Below are positions 14,899 to 27,489 of a DNA stretch of 64,000 nt, in pieces; positions within the stretch are counted from its first letter, which is position 1; every line of letters begins with the position of its first letter. Origin of the DNA: the human T2T-CHM13v2.0 reference genome, Homo sapiens; the NCBI RefSeq assembly GCF_009914755.1, contig NC_060927.1; one strand, written 5' to 3'. Under the pieces are notes generated by a model. It saw only the letters and a list, made by a program, of their open reading frames with translations. It was not told the DNA's origin and did not search any database. Position numbers and translations under genes: made by a program.

Positions 14899-15100
14899 GC
14901 GCCTGATGATAGAGAAGATTGCTGCCCATCTCGCGGATTTCACACCTCGTCTTCAGAGTAACACAAGAGCACTTTATCAGTATTGCCCCATTCCTATAAT
15001 CAACTATCCACAACTCGAAAATGAACTATTTTGTAATATTTATTACCTCAAACAACTGTGTGATACACTCCGGTTTCCAGATTGGCCAATTAAAGACCCG
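14899..15100 (+). CDS. DNAJC13: Exon 33 [11 protein letters not shown]...[10 protein letters not shown]
   Basis: gtag|G, CCG|gtaagt, 202 nt. Confidence 0.95.
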
Positions 15101-15419
15101 GTAAGTCAGCAGTTTAATTTGTGCCACCTTAAGCCATAAAAATAGCCTCTAAACACTTCTGGGTATTTTGTCCTCCTGCAGTAAGATGGTTAATAGCTTT
15201 CTTAAGTATTCCTTCTTAAGCACTAAGCACTGTGTGACTCTGAGTATAGTTTATTATATTTGGGTAGATCTCACACTGAAAGATAATTTTTTAAGGGAGT
15301 ATTAAGAGTATTGCAATCTTGATCTTTTGTGGCAAAGACAAAACAAATTTCATGCAGATAACATAATTATATATATATAGTATTATATACTATAATACCT
15401 TGGTGGAAGCTTGTCTTTA

Positions 15420-15640
15420 TAGCAGGTTGATTAAGCTCACAGATGTTGGAGTTAGCCAGTCTGGGATTGAGTTTCAGCTGGGCCATTAATATTTAATAAC
15501 TCTTTAATATTCAGTACATTGCTTGATTTGTCTAAACTTCAGTTCTCATCTCTAAAATATTGGTAATAATAGCAGCTATCTGGTGGTGTTTATGAAGATT
15601 ATTAAGAATTCACATAAGCATAATTCCTGGCACGCGTAAG
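15420..15640 (+). mobile_element. MIR (degenerate)
   Basis: cagttctcatctctaaaat...taataatagcagctatc...cctggcac. Confidence 0.55.
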
Positions 15641-15919
15641 AGGCAATGAGTGCGACCTGCTCATTGTAAAACAGTATATACACTGTTGGCCTGTCCAGAG
15701 TGCCCTTGGGACCCCCCTAACCTGAGTCTTTGTGTATCTGTGGGCACCTGTGCCCATGTTGTTCTGTTACTGTGGTGGAACTTATACCATTATTACCATC
15801 TAAAAGATTTCAGAATAATTGCCATTTATACTGCAAGTCACTGCCTCTTTACAATGCAGTGACCAAAAAAAGGCAGGTAGACTCTGGTACTTATTCAGGA
15901 TTCAACATGAGATACTAGA

Positions 15920-16100
15920 TACAGGCTTTTTAGTCAGACCTAGGTTTTAATCCAGCTCTACCACTAAACTGGGAAACATGCAGCTAGCTCTTAGAATCTC
16001 AGTGTTTTTATTTATTGATCAAATTTTAGACAAGAATTAAATTTGATAGTCTGTAAAGTACCTAGCTCCTTGGCACATAGGCAGGCAATAAATATTAGAG
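15920..16100 (+). mobile_element. MIR (degenerate)
   Basis: agtcagacctaggttttaatccagctctaccact...tggcacataggcaggcaataaatattag. Confidence 0.55.
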
Positions 16101-16628
16101 CTTTTTTTTTCCCATTTGCTAACCAGATTCCCTTGTGTTCTATCCGTTACATTTGTTTGAATGCTAGCATACCCATAATTATGTTAGATCACCTTGAGAA
16201 GCACACCACAATATACTGCTTGCTTTCTTACTACAGTGTATCATCTAATTTTGACGTTTTTCATGGTTTCTGGACACTTTAAAAATTAAAACTTTTAGGT
16301 TTTATCTTTCACCCGTAAAGATAACATGTAAAAAAAAATAAATCTTAATTCTTCCTGGGTTTAATTTGAAGCCTAATACATAACACAGATTGGCAGAGGA
16401 TTTAAAAAATTTTTTAAATAGAGGAATATTGCCTTGTAACAAATACCTTGCTCTGCCCAACTATACAGCAGTGCTCAGGTGATTTTGGTTATTTGTATTT
16501 CAGAAAGCTGTTAATTGGACAGCTAAAAGTATCCATTTAAATAAATACAGCACAATAATTCTATAACTTAAAAATTATACTCTGAAATAGTTTTACTTTG
16601 ATATAAATTTTAATCTTTTGTCTTTAAG

Positions 16629-16744
16629 GTTAAGCTTCTAAAAGATACCCTTGATGCCTGGAAGAAAGAAGTAGAAAAGAAGCCACCTATGATGTCAATA
16701 GATGATGCTTATGAAGTGCTTAATCTGCCTCAAGGACAGGGACC
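16629..16744 (+). CDS. DNAJC13: Exon 34 [13 protein letters not shown]...[14 protein letters not shown] (start of J domain)
   Basis: ttaag|GTT, CC|gtgagt, 116 nt. Confidence 0.94.
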
Positions 16745-17572
16745 GTGAGTTGTTTTCAGTACAATAGCAAATGTCTGTCCCACCTTAAAGTACCAGTATC
16801 AAAGACTAAGTTATATTTAAATCAATCATTTTAAAATCTTTTGCCTATACTTTGATATATACACCTTGGGAATAACCATATGGAACTATATCTGTGTGAC
16901 TTTCATTTATTGCAAACTTATTAGCCAAATTGTATCCTCCTCTTCTTGCTGGTACATTCATTTCTCTATTAATTGGAAAAATGTATGCAGAGTATCTGGC
17001 ACCATATCTGACACATGGTAGCCATTCACATGTTCATTTTTCCTCTTCCTTTTGTAATTTGTATTATGCATGTGGAAGAGATTTGATAGCAATATGCCTA
17101 GGACACCAAATGACAGATTATGAAAGAATGCAGATTTATCTTGTTTATCAGTGAAGTTTTATAGTAGACTATGTTATGGAAAAATGGTTTGAAAACTTAA
17201 GTATAGACTAAAACTGTATATTTTGGCAAGACTGATATAATAACTTAGAATTATAGAATTTGAAATTGTCATTTTGGACATTTTGACAAGTTAGTGGATT
17301 TTTAAAAATATATTTTGTAGTTCTTCCAACTCAAATATAATTTTATAATTTGAAGTGAATGGGTAGGGAACTTTTAGGTTTTATCTTTCACCCATAAAAG
17401 TAACATGTTAAAAAAAAAAAATCTTAATTCTTTCTGGGTTTAATTTGAAGCCTAATATATAATCATATACAATTCTTGATATTAGATTCTTAAAATATCA
17501 TTTTAGATGGTTTTGTAAATTATTTTTTCTTGTGCCTTACTATACTCATAAAACAATTTTCCTGTTTAACAG

Positions 17573-17651
17573 GCATGATGAGAGCAAGATTAGGAAAGCT
17601 TACTTCAGACTTGCACAAAAGTACCACCCTGATAAGAATCCAGAAGGGAGG
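17573..17651 (+). CDS. DNAJC13: Exon 35 [26 protein letters not shown] (J domain; HPD codons 17625-17633)
   Basis: acag|G, AGG|gtatgt, 79 nt; canonical KAY..LA.KYHPDKN J-domain signature. Confidence 0.97.
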
Positions 17652-18299
17652 GTATGTACTGCTGTTGGAATTCAGGCATTGGGCTTCCTCTTGCTCTATT
17701 ATTATGTAGTTGGAGAAAAGTATATTACCTTCTGTGCCAGTATCTGCCTCATAATATATACTCAGTGTATGTTTAATAAACTTCTGGCCACATGCCCATA
17801 GTTTCTGCATGGATGATGCTCCCTCAGTTTACCAGACGAGTGGCCTTTATGACTAGCAACTTACAGGTTTTATTGTGTCTCCTTATCCATGTCTGTTTGA
17901 GAATTAACTCTAATGGGCAATCATAAGAATAATTGAAAATAAGGAATTCAGGGGAGCTTAATTCATTTGTAGGTTTTAGGTGATACCATTGCTATTCAGA
18001 TTGCTTTGGGCAATTTATGTAATTTTTTCCAATGACATCCAATTTCATATCACTGTAACTGAAGAAACAGAAAATTTAGTTCAGATTTTAAATCATCATT
18101 CCCTGATGCCACCTCATCCAATGATGTTTCATAAACGATGAAATCACGTAAGAACCACCTAAACCAGGACTGATAGTCTATTGCTAGAAACTTGGAATAA
18201 TTTCCACTGATTTCTGTTTTCACTGGAAACAGAACAGAGACAGTATTCCTGAATGAGAAGACATGACATTGAAAAGATCTGACTTTCATATGTTTAAGG

Positions 18300-18920
18300 T
18301 ATTTTTAATAAAAACCCTAGGGGTTTTTTTGAGAACCTGATACTAATTCAAATTCATCTAGGAGAAAAAATAAGAATGGAAGAAATTTTGAAATCTTTTA
18401 AATTGCTAGACTTATCAGATATTAAAACACTTCATAAAGCTACAATAGTAAAACAATATGATACTGACACAAGAATCTACATATAGATAACTGAACATAC
18501 AGTGTAACAGTTTAAGAGCATGGAGTTAGGAGTACCTCTTAGCTCTGCCACCAGTTGATTTTGTGTCCTTAACCAGGTTACTATCTCTAAGTTGCAGCAT
18601 CCTCATGTAAAAAATGAGGATGATAATGGTACACACTTTACATGGCTGTTTGAGGATTAAGTGAGATTATGGCATTTAGCACAGTGCTTAATAAACAGTA
18701 GCTCATAATTTTTGTTATATAGACGCAAACTCTCTCTAGTATGTATGAGTTTAACATGATGTATTTAAGGATACATTTAATATTCTTATTTGAAGAATTT
18801 TCAGTAAATGGTATTGAGATCATTAGACAACTATTTGAAAAAAAAATTTCACCTTAACAGTATACCAGCTAGATTACAGTTGGAATGAATACCTTAATAT
18901 AAACAATAAAATAATAGCTA
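18300..18920 (+). mobile_element. Ancient L1M ORF2 fragment interrupted by a MIR (~18497-18710)
   Basis: cataaagctacaatagtaaaacaatatgatactg (YKAT.IKT.WYW-like) and ttcagtaaatggtattg (FNKWCW-like) on either side of a MIR. Confidence 0.6.
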
Positions 18921-19012
18921 AAGTTACTGATAAAATGCAAACCATATGTCTTGTTTAAGTTGAATTTTGCGACATTCCAAATTAACGTTAAATTATCTTC
19001 TGTTACATACAG

Positions 19013-19148
19013 GACATGTTTGAAAAAGTAAATAAAGCATATGAATTTTTATGTACCAAATCAGCAAAAATAGTGGATGGGCCAGATCCAGAGAATATAA
19101 TTTTAATTCTAAAAACACAGAGCATCCTCTTCAACCGTCATAAAGAAG
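19013..19148 (+). CDS. DNAJC13: Exon 36 [13 protein letters not shown]...FNRHKE (end of J domain)
   Basis: acag|GAC, G|gtaaga, 136 nt. Confidence 0.95.
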
Positions 19149-21153
19149 GTAAGATGTCTGTTCTCAGATTTTAATTTATCCTCCAGCTAACCTTATCACA
19201 GCTAACCCTATACCATATTACCTGTTTCTACAGCATATTTAATAGATTTAGAATTATTGTTTAAAAGATTCTTGGAATTATGTTTTAAATAAAGGAAAAT
19301 GTAGTTTTCTAAAGAAGGGCCCAAATATTTGTTTTATATCTTTCCCTTCATAACTATGTTTTTCAGTATTTTGCATTTCTGACATCTTCGCTCTGTGGAG
19401 TTACTTGGTTAGTTTTTGTGTTTAGCCATTTAGTAGCAACGTGTTAAATGAGACAGAATGGAATCTGGAATTTAAAGATCATTTCATGTTTTCTTAAATG
19501 GCATATGAAAGCCTATCATAACTTTAAAAGCCTCTGAAGGTTAAAAACACCAAGAGCATTCAGATTTTTTAAAAGCAGTAGAAACTTTTCAAATGATGAT
19601 ATACTTCTCATACGTTCTATTTCCTATTGTAGCTCTCAGGACCCTCTAGTCCTGTGGGACAGTTTGAAGAACACTGGTATAGATGAAATAGGTGTAATTT
19701 CAGATTACAGGATTATCCAGTGTTTGTGGGGCCATTTGCAGTAGCCCTAACAGTAGCAGTCAGAAAGCCAGGAGTATGTTCAAAACATCCCCCTTTGTTG
19801 GGGATGAGGGGTTAGGTTCAATATGGCAGATGCCCAATGGCTTGGGAACTGAACTTGACTTACAGCACAAAGTGGGAGAGCCATTTGCTATGGTATGTTG
19901 GGAGAGAAGGAAGAGGACTTTCAGGATTTGAGATAAGCATGGAGAGTGTTGGGTAACTAAAGACAAGAGATGGTGTTGCAGTTTAAGTATTGGAGGGGAC
20001 AACCTGAGGATCTAGCAGTTGGATTATTAAAGAGAGCAGTGATTAGTTGATTTACTTTTACATGAGTTTAACAGAATACGTTTATAATACATTTTAGATA
20101 TATGGCTTTTACTAATCAGAATGAGTTTGGAAACCTTTTTCAAAACCCTTGGTTGTCTTTTAATGCTGATAACTAAATTATTAGCCACAAGATACAGTTA
20201 TGGCCCATCCTGGTTTCTCTGTTATCAAGGTCATCTTTAACTTTTCCCAAGAGGGGTTTATACCCAAGAAGCTCTGAGGTGGAGGTCCTGATCTGACAGG
20301 ACTTAGTTATTCACTGTTCTTTCTTATTACGTATGTGTCACTTTTTTTTTTTTTAAAGGAAAATTAGGACCTGTTCCAGGGGGCCTTTTTTTTAAAAGCC
20401 AGTTTAGAAATGAGTTTTAAGGCAGATTATTGGTCAGCCTCAAAAGTCAAAAAGATTTATGCTGATTTCAATTGGAATTATAGAGATACTTTTAAAGTCA
20501 CAGCCAATTAATTTGCATCTCTTTGCCTAATAGGTTAGATTGAAAAAAGAAGATGGAAAGAACAGAGTAATTAGGCATGTAGGTTTACTAGCTTTCACTT
20601 TTAAATTTGGTTATTAAAACATGGAATTAACTAAATGTAGTTTAAAAGTTAACTTTCTGTTTTGTACTTCTAGTAAGAAATTGTATTATTTTCAAATTTA
20701 AGAAAATACTGGTAAAACTTTAAGATAACTGGTAAAATAGATACCAGTTATCTTTAAGATAACTGGTAAAATAGATACTGGTAAAATAGATAAACAAGGG
20801 CACTTGTTATCCAGAAAACTTAATATAAAATATTCAGTGTCATGTAAATGTCTTCTCAGTCTTTTTTCTTTATAAAGATGTGCATATAATTGATATTAAT
20901 AGAATTTCTGGTGCATTTGCTGTACCTTGCGTTCTGTGATGAGGTGAAAAGTTACAAAGATCAGCATAGAAAGTAGGTATTCTGCAAAGGATCAAAACTA
21001 TACACCAAGTGCAGTTAATTTACCAGAAAATGTTATTTTTCTAGTGGAAACATTTTAGAAAAATCAACCAAGTTTACTAGAAAGGAAGGATCCAAGGGAT
21101 TTTATAGTAGGTTTAATTTCTTTTTTTATCAACTGGCATTAGGAGGCATTTAA

Positions 21154-21606
<453 letters not shown>

Positions 21607-21610
21607 TCAG

Positions 21611-21795
21611 ATTTACAGCCTTATAAATATGCAGGATACCCCATGCTTATTCGGACTATAACAATGGAAACTTCAGATGACCTCCTTTTCTCAAAAGAAT
21701 CACCATTGTTGCCTGCGGCTACAGAGCTAGCTTTCCATACTGTCAACTGTTCAGCCCTCAATGCTGAAGAGCTCAGAAGAGAGAATGGACTAGAG
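21611..21795 (+). CDS. DNAJC13: Exon 37 [12 protein letters not shown]...LRRENGLE
   Basis: ttcag|AT, GAG|gtaata, 185 nt. Confidence 0.95.
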
Positions 21796-22218
21796 GTAAT
21801 ACGGAGTGACCTTTGTGCTTTTTAAGCCAGTTTACATACATTATATGACTCTTGGCAGTGAAGAATTCAGCAAGTACAAATGCAGATTCTTTAATTTATT
21901 TCAGCAGATAACACAATATTTTCCATATTCTTATACCAAATTAAAGGTAGAAATGGAGCTTTATTTCACAATGTGAGTTGGAAAGTATTGGGTTCAAAAC
22001 CGATAATGGTAATATTGTTTACAAAGTAGCTTATTAGAAATGCTTAAAAGGAAACTTTTAGGAGTCCTTTGTTTACTATTTATTAACAAATGTTGATCAA
22101 ACATTTATGTATCAAATATTTAACATTAAAGGGTTATTTATATTTTATTACTGCTAGAAAAGGCCTTTCAGACTTGAAGTCAAAATGGAGAGTTAATAGC
22201 TGACTTCTTCCTCTGCAG

Positions 22219-22293
22219 GTGTTACAAGAGGCATTTAGTCGCTGTGTGGCTGTCTTGACTCGTTCTAGTAAACCAAGTGACATGTCAGTACAG
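22219..22293 (+). CDS. DNAJC13: Exon 38 [25 protein letters not shown]
   Basis: tgcag|GTG, CAG|gtgagg, 75 nt. Confidence 0.94.
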
Positions 22294-22335
22294 GTGAGGC
22301 TAAAACCTGTGGTTCCAAGAAAATTGCACTAGTTC

Positions 22336-22523
22336 AATGGTTCAGACTTTAACATATCTGAGAATCAACTGGAGGGCTCATTAAACTGTAGGTTGCTGAG
22401 CTCCACCCCACCCCAAGTTTCTGATTCAGTGAGTCTGGGGTGGTGGCCTGAGAGTATGTTTTTATAACAAGTTTCCAAGTGTCATTGATGCTGCTGGTCT
22501 GTGTATCACACTGTAAGAAACTG
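22336..22523. mobile_element. MER5A-like (hAT-Charlie)
   Basis: gtttctgattcagt..gtctggggtgg..cctgaga...taacaagtttcca...tgatgctgctggtc. Confidence 0.7.
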
Positions 22524-22888
22524 TACTAAAGCACTTGTGATCTGTTGGCTTACGTTTTCTTTCTTAGAGAATAGTTTATTGAACCCATATGTTTCCATTA
22601 CCCAGCTTAATGCCATTCTTGTTTCACATATCTTCCATCCCTCACTCTCCTATCTCTAGTATTTTAATTGGCTTAACATTTAAGGTTGTAAGATAGGAAA
22701 TTCATCAGGAGTTCATTAAGAGCTTTGTAGAGCGTGTCTTTCTATTTGACCTTTTGCTTATGCCAGCAAAATTCAGAATATAAAACGAGTACTGGCTGTT
22801 GAGTTCCATCCTCTATTTTGAAGTCCGTTGTGTAAACAGAATTGTGATATTCTGCTATGTTAATAAACTATACAAAATTACCTTAATC

Positions 22889-23095
22889 CAGAGGCCAGCA
22901 AACTTCTAAAATAAAGGTCCAGGGAGTAAATATATGAGTCTTTCAGGCTTCATACAGTCTCTGTTACATTTTCTTTTGTGACTTTTTTACAGCCCTTTAA
23001 AAATCTAAAAACCATTCTTAGCTCTTTGGCAGTACAAAGACCATGGTCAGTTTGGCCCATGGGTTGTAGTAGCTGTGGTTTGCCAACTACCCCAG
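22889..23095. mobile_element. MER58-family (hAT-Charlie)
   Basis: cagcaaactt...aaaaaccattcttagctc...tttggcccatggg...gtttgccaac termini. Confidence 0.65.
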
Positions 23096-23278
23096 CATTT
23101 ATAGGAAATCTTAATGAGAAAGACTAGTGATCTAGTAAAGACATTCTGTTTAATTTTGGAACATTGTATATACCATTAAGCATTATTCACAAATTTCTGC
23201 TGGTTTGATTTCTATGTGTTAAATAAGGAATGCCTATGTGACTCTACTGGTTTTTTTGCTCTGTTGTGTTGTCTGCAG

Positions 23279-23398
23279 GTGTGTGGATACATAAGTAAAT
23301 GCTACAGTGTGGCTGCTCAGTTTGAGGAATGCCGAGAGAAGATCACGGAAATGCCTAGCATCATCAAGGATCTCTGTCGGGTACTATATTTTGGCAAG
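23279..23398 (+). CDS. DNAJC13: Exon 39 VCGYISKCY...RVLYFGK
   Basis: tgcag|GTG, AAG|gtaggg, 120 nt. Confidence 0.95.
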
Positions 23399-23703
23399 GT
23401 AGGGTTAATCTTTAATGCTTTCTAGATACAGACAGCAAAGTGTCTTTTTGTCAACTAGCCAGTTCCTAATGTATAAGCACATTGTTTTCCCAAAGTTATT
23501 TGTAAGTAAAATTATTTGGATTTCTAAAAGCATTTTTCACAGAAGCCTTGCTGTAAATGGAGGCTTTGCTTCTAGGCTGGCCTACAAAGAAAAAGACTAA
23601 AGTGATACATCTAAAGGGAAGTGGGTTCCATCTGAACATTAGAATGAGTGGCAGGGAGAAAAGAGAAGCCTGTAATAAATAAGTCTTTTAAAAGCAAAAG
23701 GCC

Positions 23704-24077
23704 AGCCCGGTGTGGTGGCTCACGTCTGTAATCCTAGCACTTTGGCAAGCCGAGGTTGGCAGATCACTTGAGGTCAGGAGTTCAAGACCAGCCTGGCCAA
23801 CACTGCAGAACCCTGTCTACAAAAAAATACAAAAATTAGCTGGGTATGATGGCATGCGCCTGTAATCCTAGGTATTCGGGAGGCTGAGTATTTGGCTGAA
23901 GAACAAGCAACTCCAGAAAATTCAACCATAAGGAAAAGTTTAGCTGGCATGCTGACACCCTATGTTTCTGTGGCTAGTGTGACTGAGATATATGCTTCAG
24001 AGGTAGCCTGTGCCACTACACTCCAGACTGGGCAAGAGAGTGAGACTCTGTCTCAAAAAAAAAAAAGAAAAAAAAAC
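23704..24077 (+). mobile_element. Alu (S-type) with right arm partly replaced by exon-41 copy
   Basis: Left arm and linker intact; right arm breaks after ggaggctgag and resumes at tgccactacactccag. Confidence 0.9.
23888..24010 (+). pseudogene. Duplicated fragment of exon 41 plus intron 41 donor region inside an Alu
   Basis: Aligns to 25755-25889 with 6 substitutions and a 12-nt deletion. Confidence 0.95.
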
Positions 24078-24773
24078 AGGGCCATGTAAAACCTGAAAAC
24101 TAGAGAGTTCGGCACTGCTTGGTGGGAAAGGCTTTAGAGATCTGAGAACTTACTATTTCCTCCCAATCCAGACCTGCTGAGGAAGGTTGACTGTGGGTAG
24201 ATGAGATAGATGACTGGGAGGGAGAGAGAAATGTCTTAAATAACTGGGCAGAGTGAGAATTGTCTTGAATAAAACAGGATCGAGATGCTGATCTAGTACT
24301 AAAGTATCAAGAAGTGAGGGAATTGATGAAAATATCTCCTCTACTATATCTACTTAATGTCCTTAGAAGTATTTGATTACAGAATAAAAAACTGACATAA
24401 ATAAATCTTTTAACAACTGCACAAAATATGTCGTTACATTTAAGATCACTAGCGTGTAAGTTGCTATTGATGCCATGTCACTATTTTTAAAAATTAAAAA
24501 TACAAGAAGTGAAACAGGAAACTATTCCCAAGTCTTCTGACATTAGCCTTAAAGGTAGTAATTCTGGTATCTCGTCATGAGGTCACTTTTAATTTTAGGC
24601 TTTAAAGGATGTAGGATTCAGATTTAAATTGGAATTGAAAATGTAAGAAGAGGTAAACATTTTACAAAATAACGTGGTTGGCTTGACATACATGCACAAC
24701 CAGTTCCTCTTGGGAGCTTTTTTTTTTTTTTTTAACTCTGTAACAACTAATGCTCTCATTTTTATTCTCTCAG

Positions 24774-24953
24774 AGTATTCCCCGCGTAGCTGCTCTTGGG
24801 GTAGAATGTGTCAGTTCTTTTGCTGTGGATTTCTGGCTACAGACACACCTATTTCAGGCTGGAATTTTGTGGTATCTCCTTGGTTTTCTGTTTAATTATG
24901 ACTACACACTAGAAGAGAGTGGCATTCAGAAAAGTGAAGAAACAAACCAGCAG
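24774..24953 (+). CDS. DNAJC13: Exon 40 SIPRVAALG...YDYTLEESG...TNQQ
   Basis: ctcag|AGT, CAG|gtaact, 180 nt. Confidence 0.95.
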
Positions 24954-25698
24954 GTAACTTTAACATTGCTTTAATATTGAATTTGAACCCAAACCTTAGG
25001 TTGGTGTTAAACTAATCCAAACCAAAGCTGCTATCCAGAGTCCCCAGAGATAAATTGTTTTTCAGGAAAATTAGGTTTTTTGCTTTTTAAACCTAATCAC
25101 TTACTTACAAAACTTTTAGTTGTAATTGCTTATGCTTAAAGGATTCCAGGCAAGGGAATTTGCAATAGCATATACTGGACATAATTTAATAATTTCTTAA
25201 TTACTCAGAGTCAACTTTATGATGGCAAAATTATGGTTGTGTAACACAGGACAATATAATGTTACCATCAGGCAGTTGAGGCTAGCTCCCCTAAACACTT
25301 GAGTACTTGTCTGATTTTTATAGATATTTTTCTGTCTCTTCTATGTGCTCTCATTTATTGCTCATATTGTAAATGTGTGCTTCTAGCAGGCAGGGCTGCC
25401 TACCTATCCCCTACTCCCCACATTACCACCAAATGTGCTTCTTCCAGTTGTCTGTGAGATATACTGCATTGGGTATAAGTTAGTACATAGATTCTCCTGG
25501 TCCTTCTTATAAATAAAAAACAAGCCCCAACACATAAACTTTCTGATGTTTACCTCAGTGGTAGGTACTCTTGTACCCTTTTGTTGGTTGACTTTTTACT
25601 CCTTAAATATGTTCCATATAGTGTGATTCTGTAAAATTATAGTATTACCTATGTAAGATAACAGATCTACTTTAACAACTTAATTTTTTTTATAACAG

Positions 25699-25866
25699 GA
25701 GGTAGCAAACAGCCTTGCCAAACTGAGTGTCCATGCTCTGAGTCGCCTTGGAGGGTATTTGGCTGAAGAACAAGCAACTCCAGAAAATCCAACCATAAGG
25801 AAAAGCTTAGCTGGCATGCTGACACCCTATGTTGCTAGAAAACTTGCTGTGGCTAGTGTGACTGAG
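25699..25866 (+). CDS. DNAJC13: Exon 41 EVANSLAKL...[17 protein letters not shown]
   Basis: aacag|GAG, GAG|gtatgt, 168 nt. Confidence 0.95.
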
Positions 25867-27489
25867 GTATGTGCTTCACAGGTAGCCTGGGTTTTAATCA
25901 ATAGTGCAAGATCCTTTAAGCAGTAAAGTAGTACAATAATATTGATCTAGGGAACCTAAAAATTAAGAACGTTCACATGTTTGTTCTCTCAAGCAAGAAA
26001 TTCACTTTATAATGGATTGATGCTAATGATGTCAGTTCTACAAGTCCAGTTTTTGCAAGGGCAAATTAACTTTGTTTCTCAGCTGTGGAGCCTATCATAA
26101 TTCTTACCAACCTTGAGTCACAAAGGGACAGGACGAGAGAGTGAAGTTGGAATGGTGTTTCACAATGGCAGACTACTGGGAGACAGGAGACCCAGAGTCT
26201 ATTTCAAGCTATTTATTGTAAGCCATAGCTTATTCAGACACGGGGTTAAAATCCTGAAAGTAAATACATACATGCACATATACATGTATATGTATCTATG
26301 TACATACATAGATGCATTACAAAAATCAGTATGACATGATAGATCTCCCAACCTCTTTAACTTCTTTTGCAAGGATTATTGAGAAATAATCTGAGAATGT
26401 AGCACTAAAGAATTTGATAAACTATAGAAATCAGTTAAACAGGTTACTATTATCCTTTAATTATAAAAAAAAAAAGAGTACTAAAAGACATTAAAATAAA
26501 TGAAGACACTAGATCCTATTTTTGGTATAACAAAATAAATGGATTGATAGATTTGTACCCATATGTTAACTGTAATTATTCCTGAATGGCATAATTATAG
26601 GCAGTTTTTCTTTTGTTTTCGCTAAGGATGAACTGTGACTTTTGTAAGTGAAAAAATCCTCAGGTTTCCAAAGTATTTTTACAACTTTTAAACAGGTTAT
26701 TTGTTTTTAATCCAATGTGATTGAGTCCAATTTTCAGTGCTTGCCATGCTTTTCAGTTCCCATGTGTGAAAGGCAGGAGCTCTAGATGCTACTGGTTTTT
26801 TTTTTTTTTTAATTTTGTTTTTGTTTTTACTATTTTTCCTAAAACACTAGACGACCAGGGACCACTCTTGATGTTAGTTATTTTCCTGGACTTTTTGCTC
26901 ACCAATGTGATACATTTTGCTGACTGAAAGCATTCTCTTCAGAAATGCCAACAAGTTTGGGATTAACCTTTATAGCCACCCCCACTAAAAATTTTTTATA
27001 GCATTTCAAAATTAAATGTTGGCATGAGCTCCAACTGGATTCAATAAAATGCTTAACTAGAAGTTAGCCTTTTGAAAACAAGGCTTGCATGTCTTTGTAT
27101 AAGATGGAGGTCATAGTCCTCTGTTTTCCTATTAGCAGTAGACCTCTGTAAAAATAAAAGATTTTTATTCAGACATTTAAGGAATTGTGAAATATCTGTG
27201 TTTACATTTAAAATTGAGGAGAGCTCAACAATAGGAAAGCACACCAGATGCCTAAGCAGTCATAATCTATGCCTGCAGAAGGACTACACAGCCTTCAATA
27301 TCAGGGTGTGGTCAGGAAAATCTGACTTTCTCCCCATAAATTTTATTTTCCTTCATACAGGTATGCTTCTTAAAGACTTAGGTTTTGTTTTCAAATACAT
27401 GTACATAAAGGTATTATGTTGTGATTCTTTTCAAGCTTATAGTCACAGTGTGTTTATTAAGTACTTTCAAAATATTGAATTTCACCATG

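Noticed and set aside
16400-16419. Perfect palindrome atttaaaaaattttttaaat and similar short AT palindromes (10503, 51963)
   Set aside because: Low-complexity; expected by chance in AT-rich DNA.
18120-18176. ATGATG...CTGA as a box C/D snoRNA
   Set aside because: Box C is imperfect (ATGATGT), span too short, no convincing terminal stem or recognisable guide.
23892-24089. 65-aa ORF as a functional mutually exclusive exon 41 paralog
   Set aside because: No acceptor, 5' third of the exon missing, donor mutated, runs into Alu; kept only as a duplication finding.
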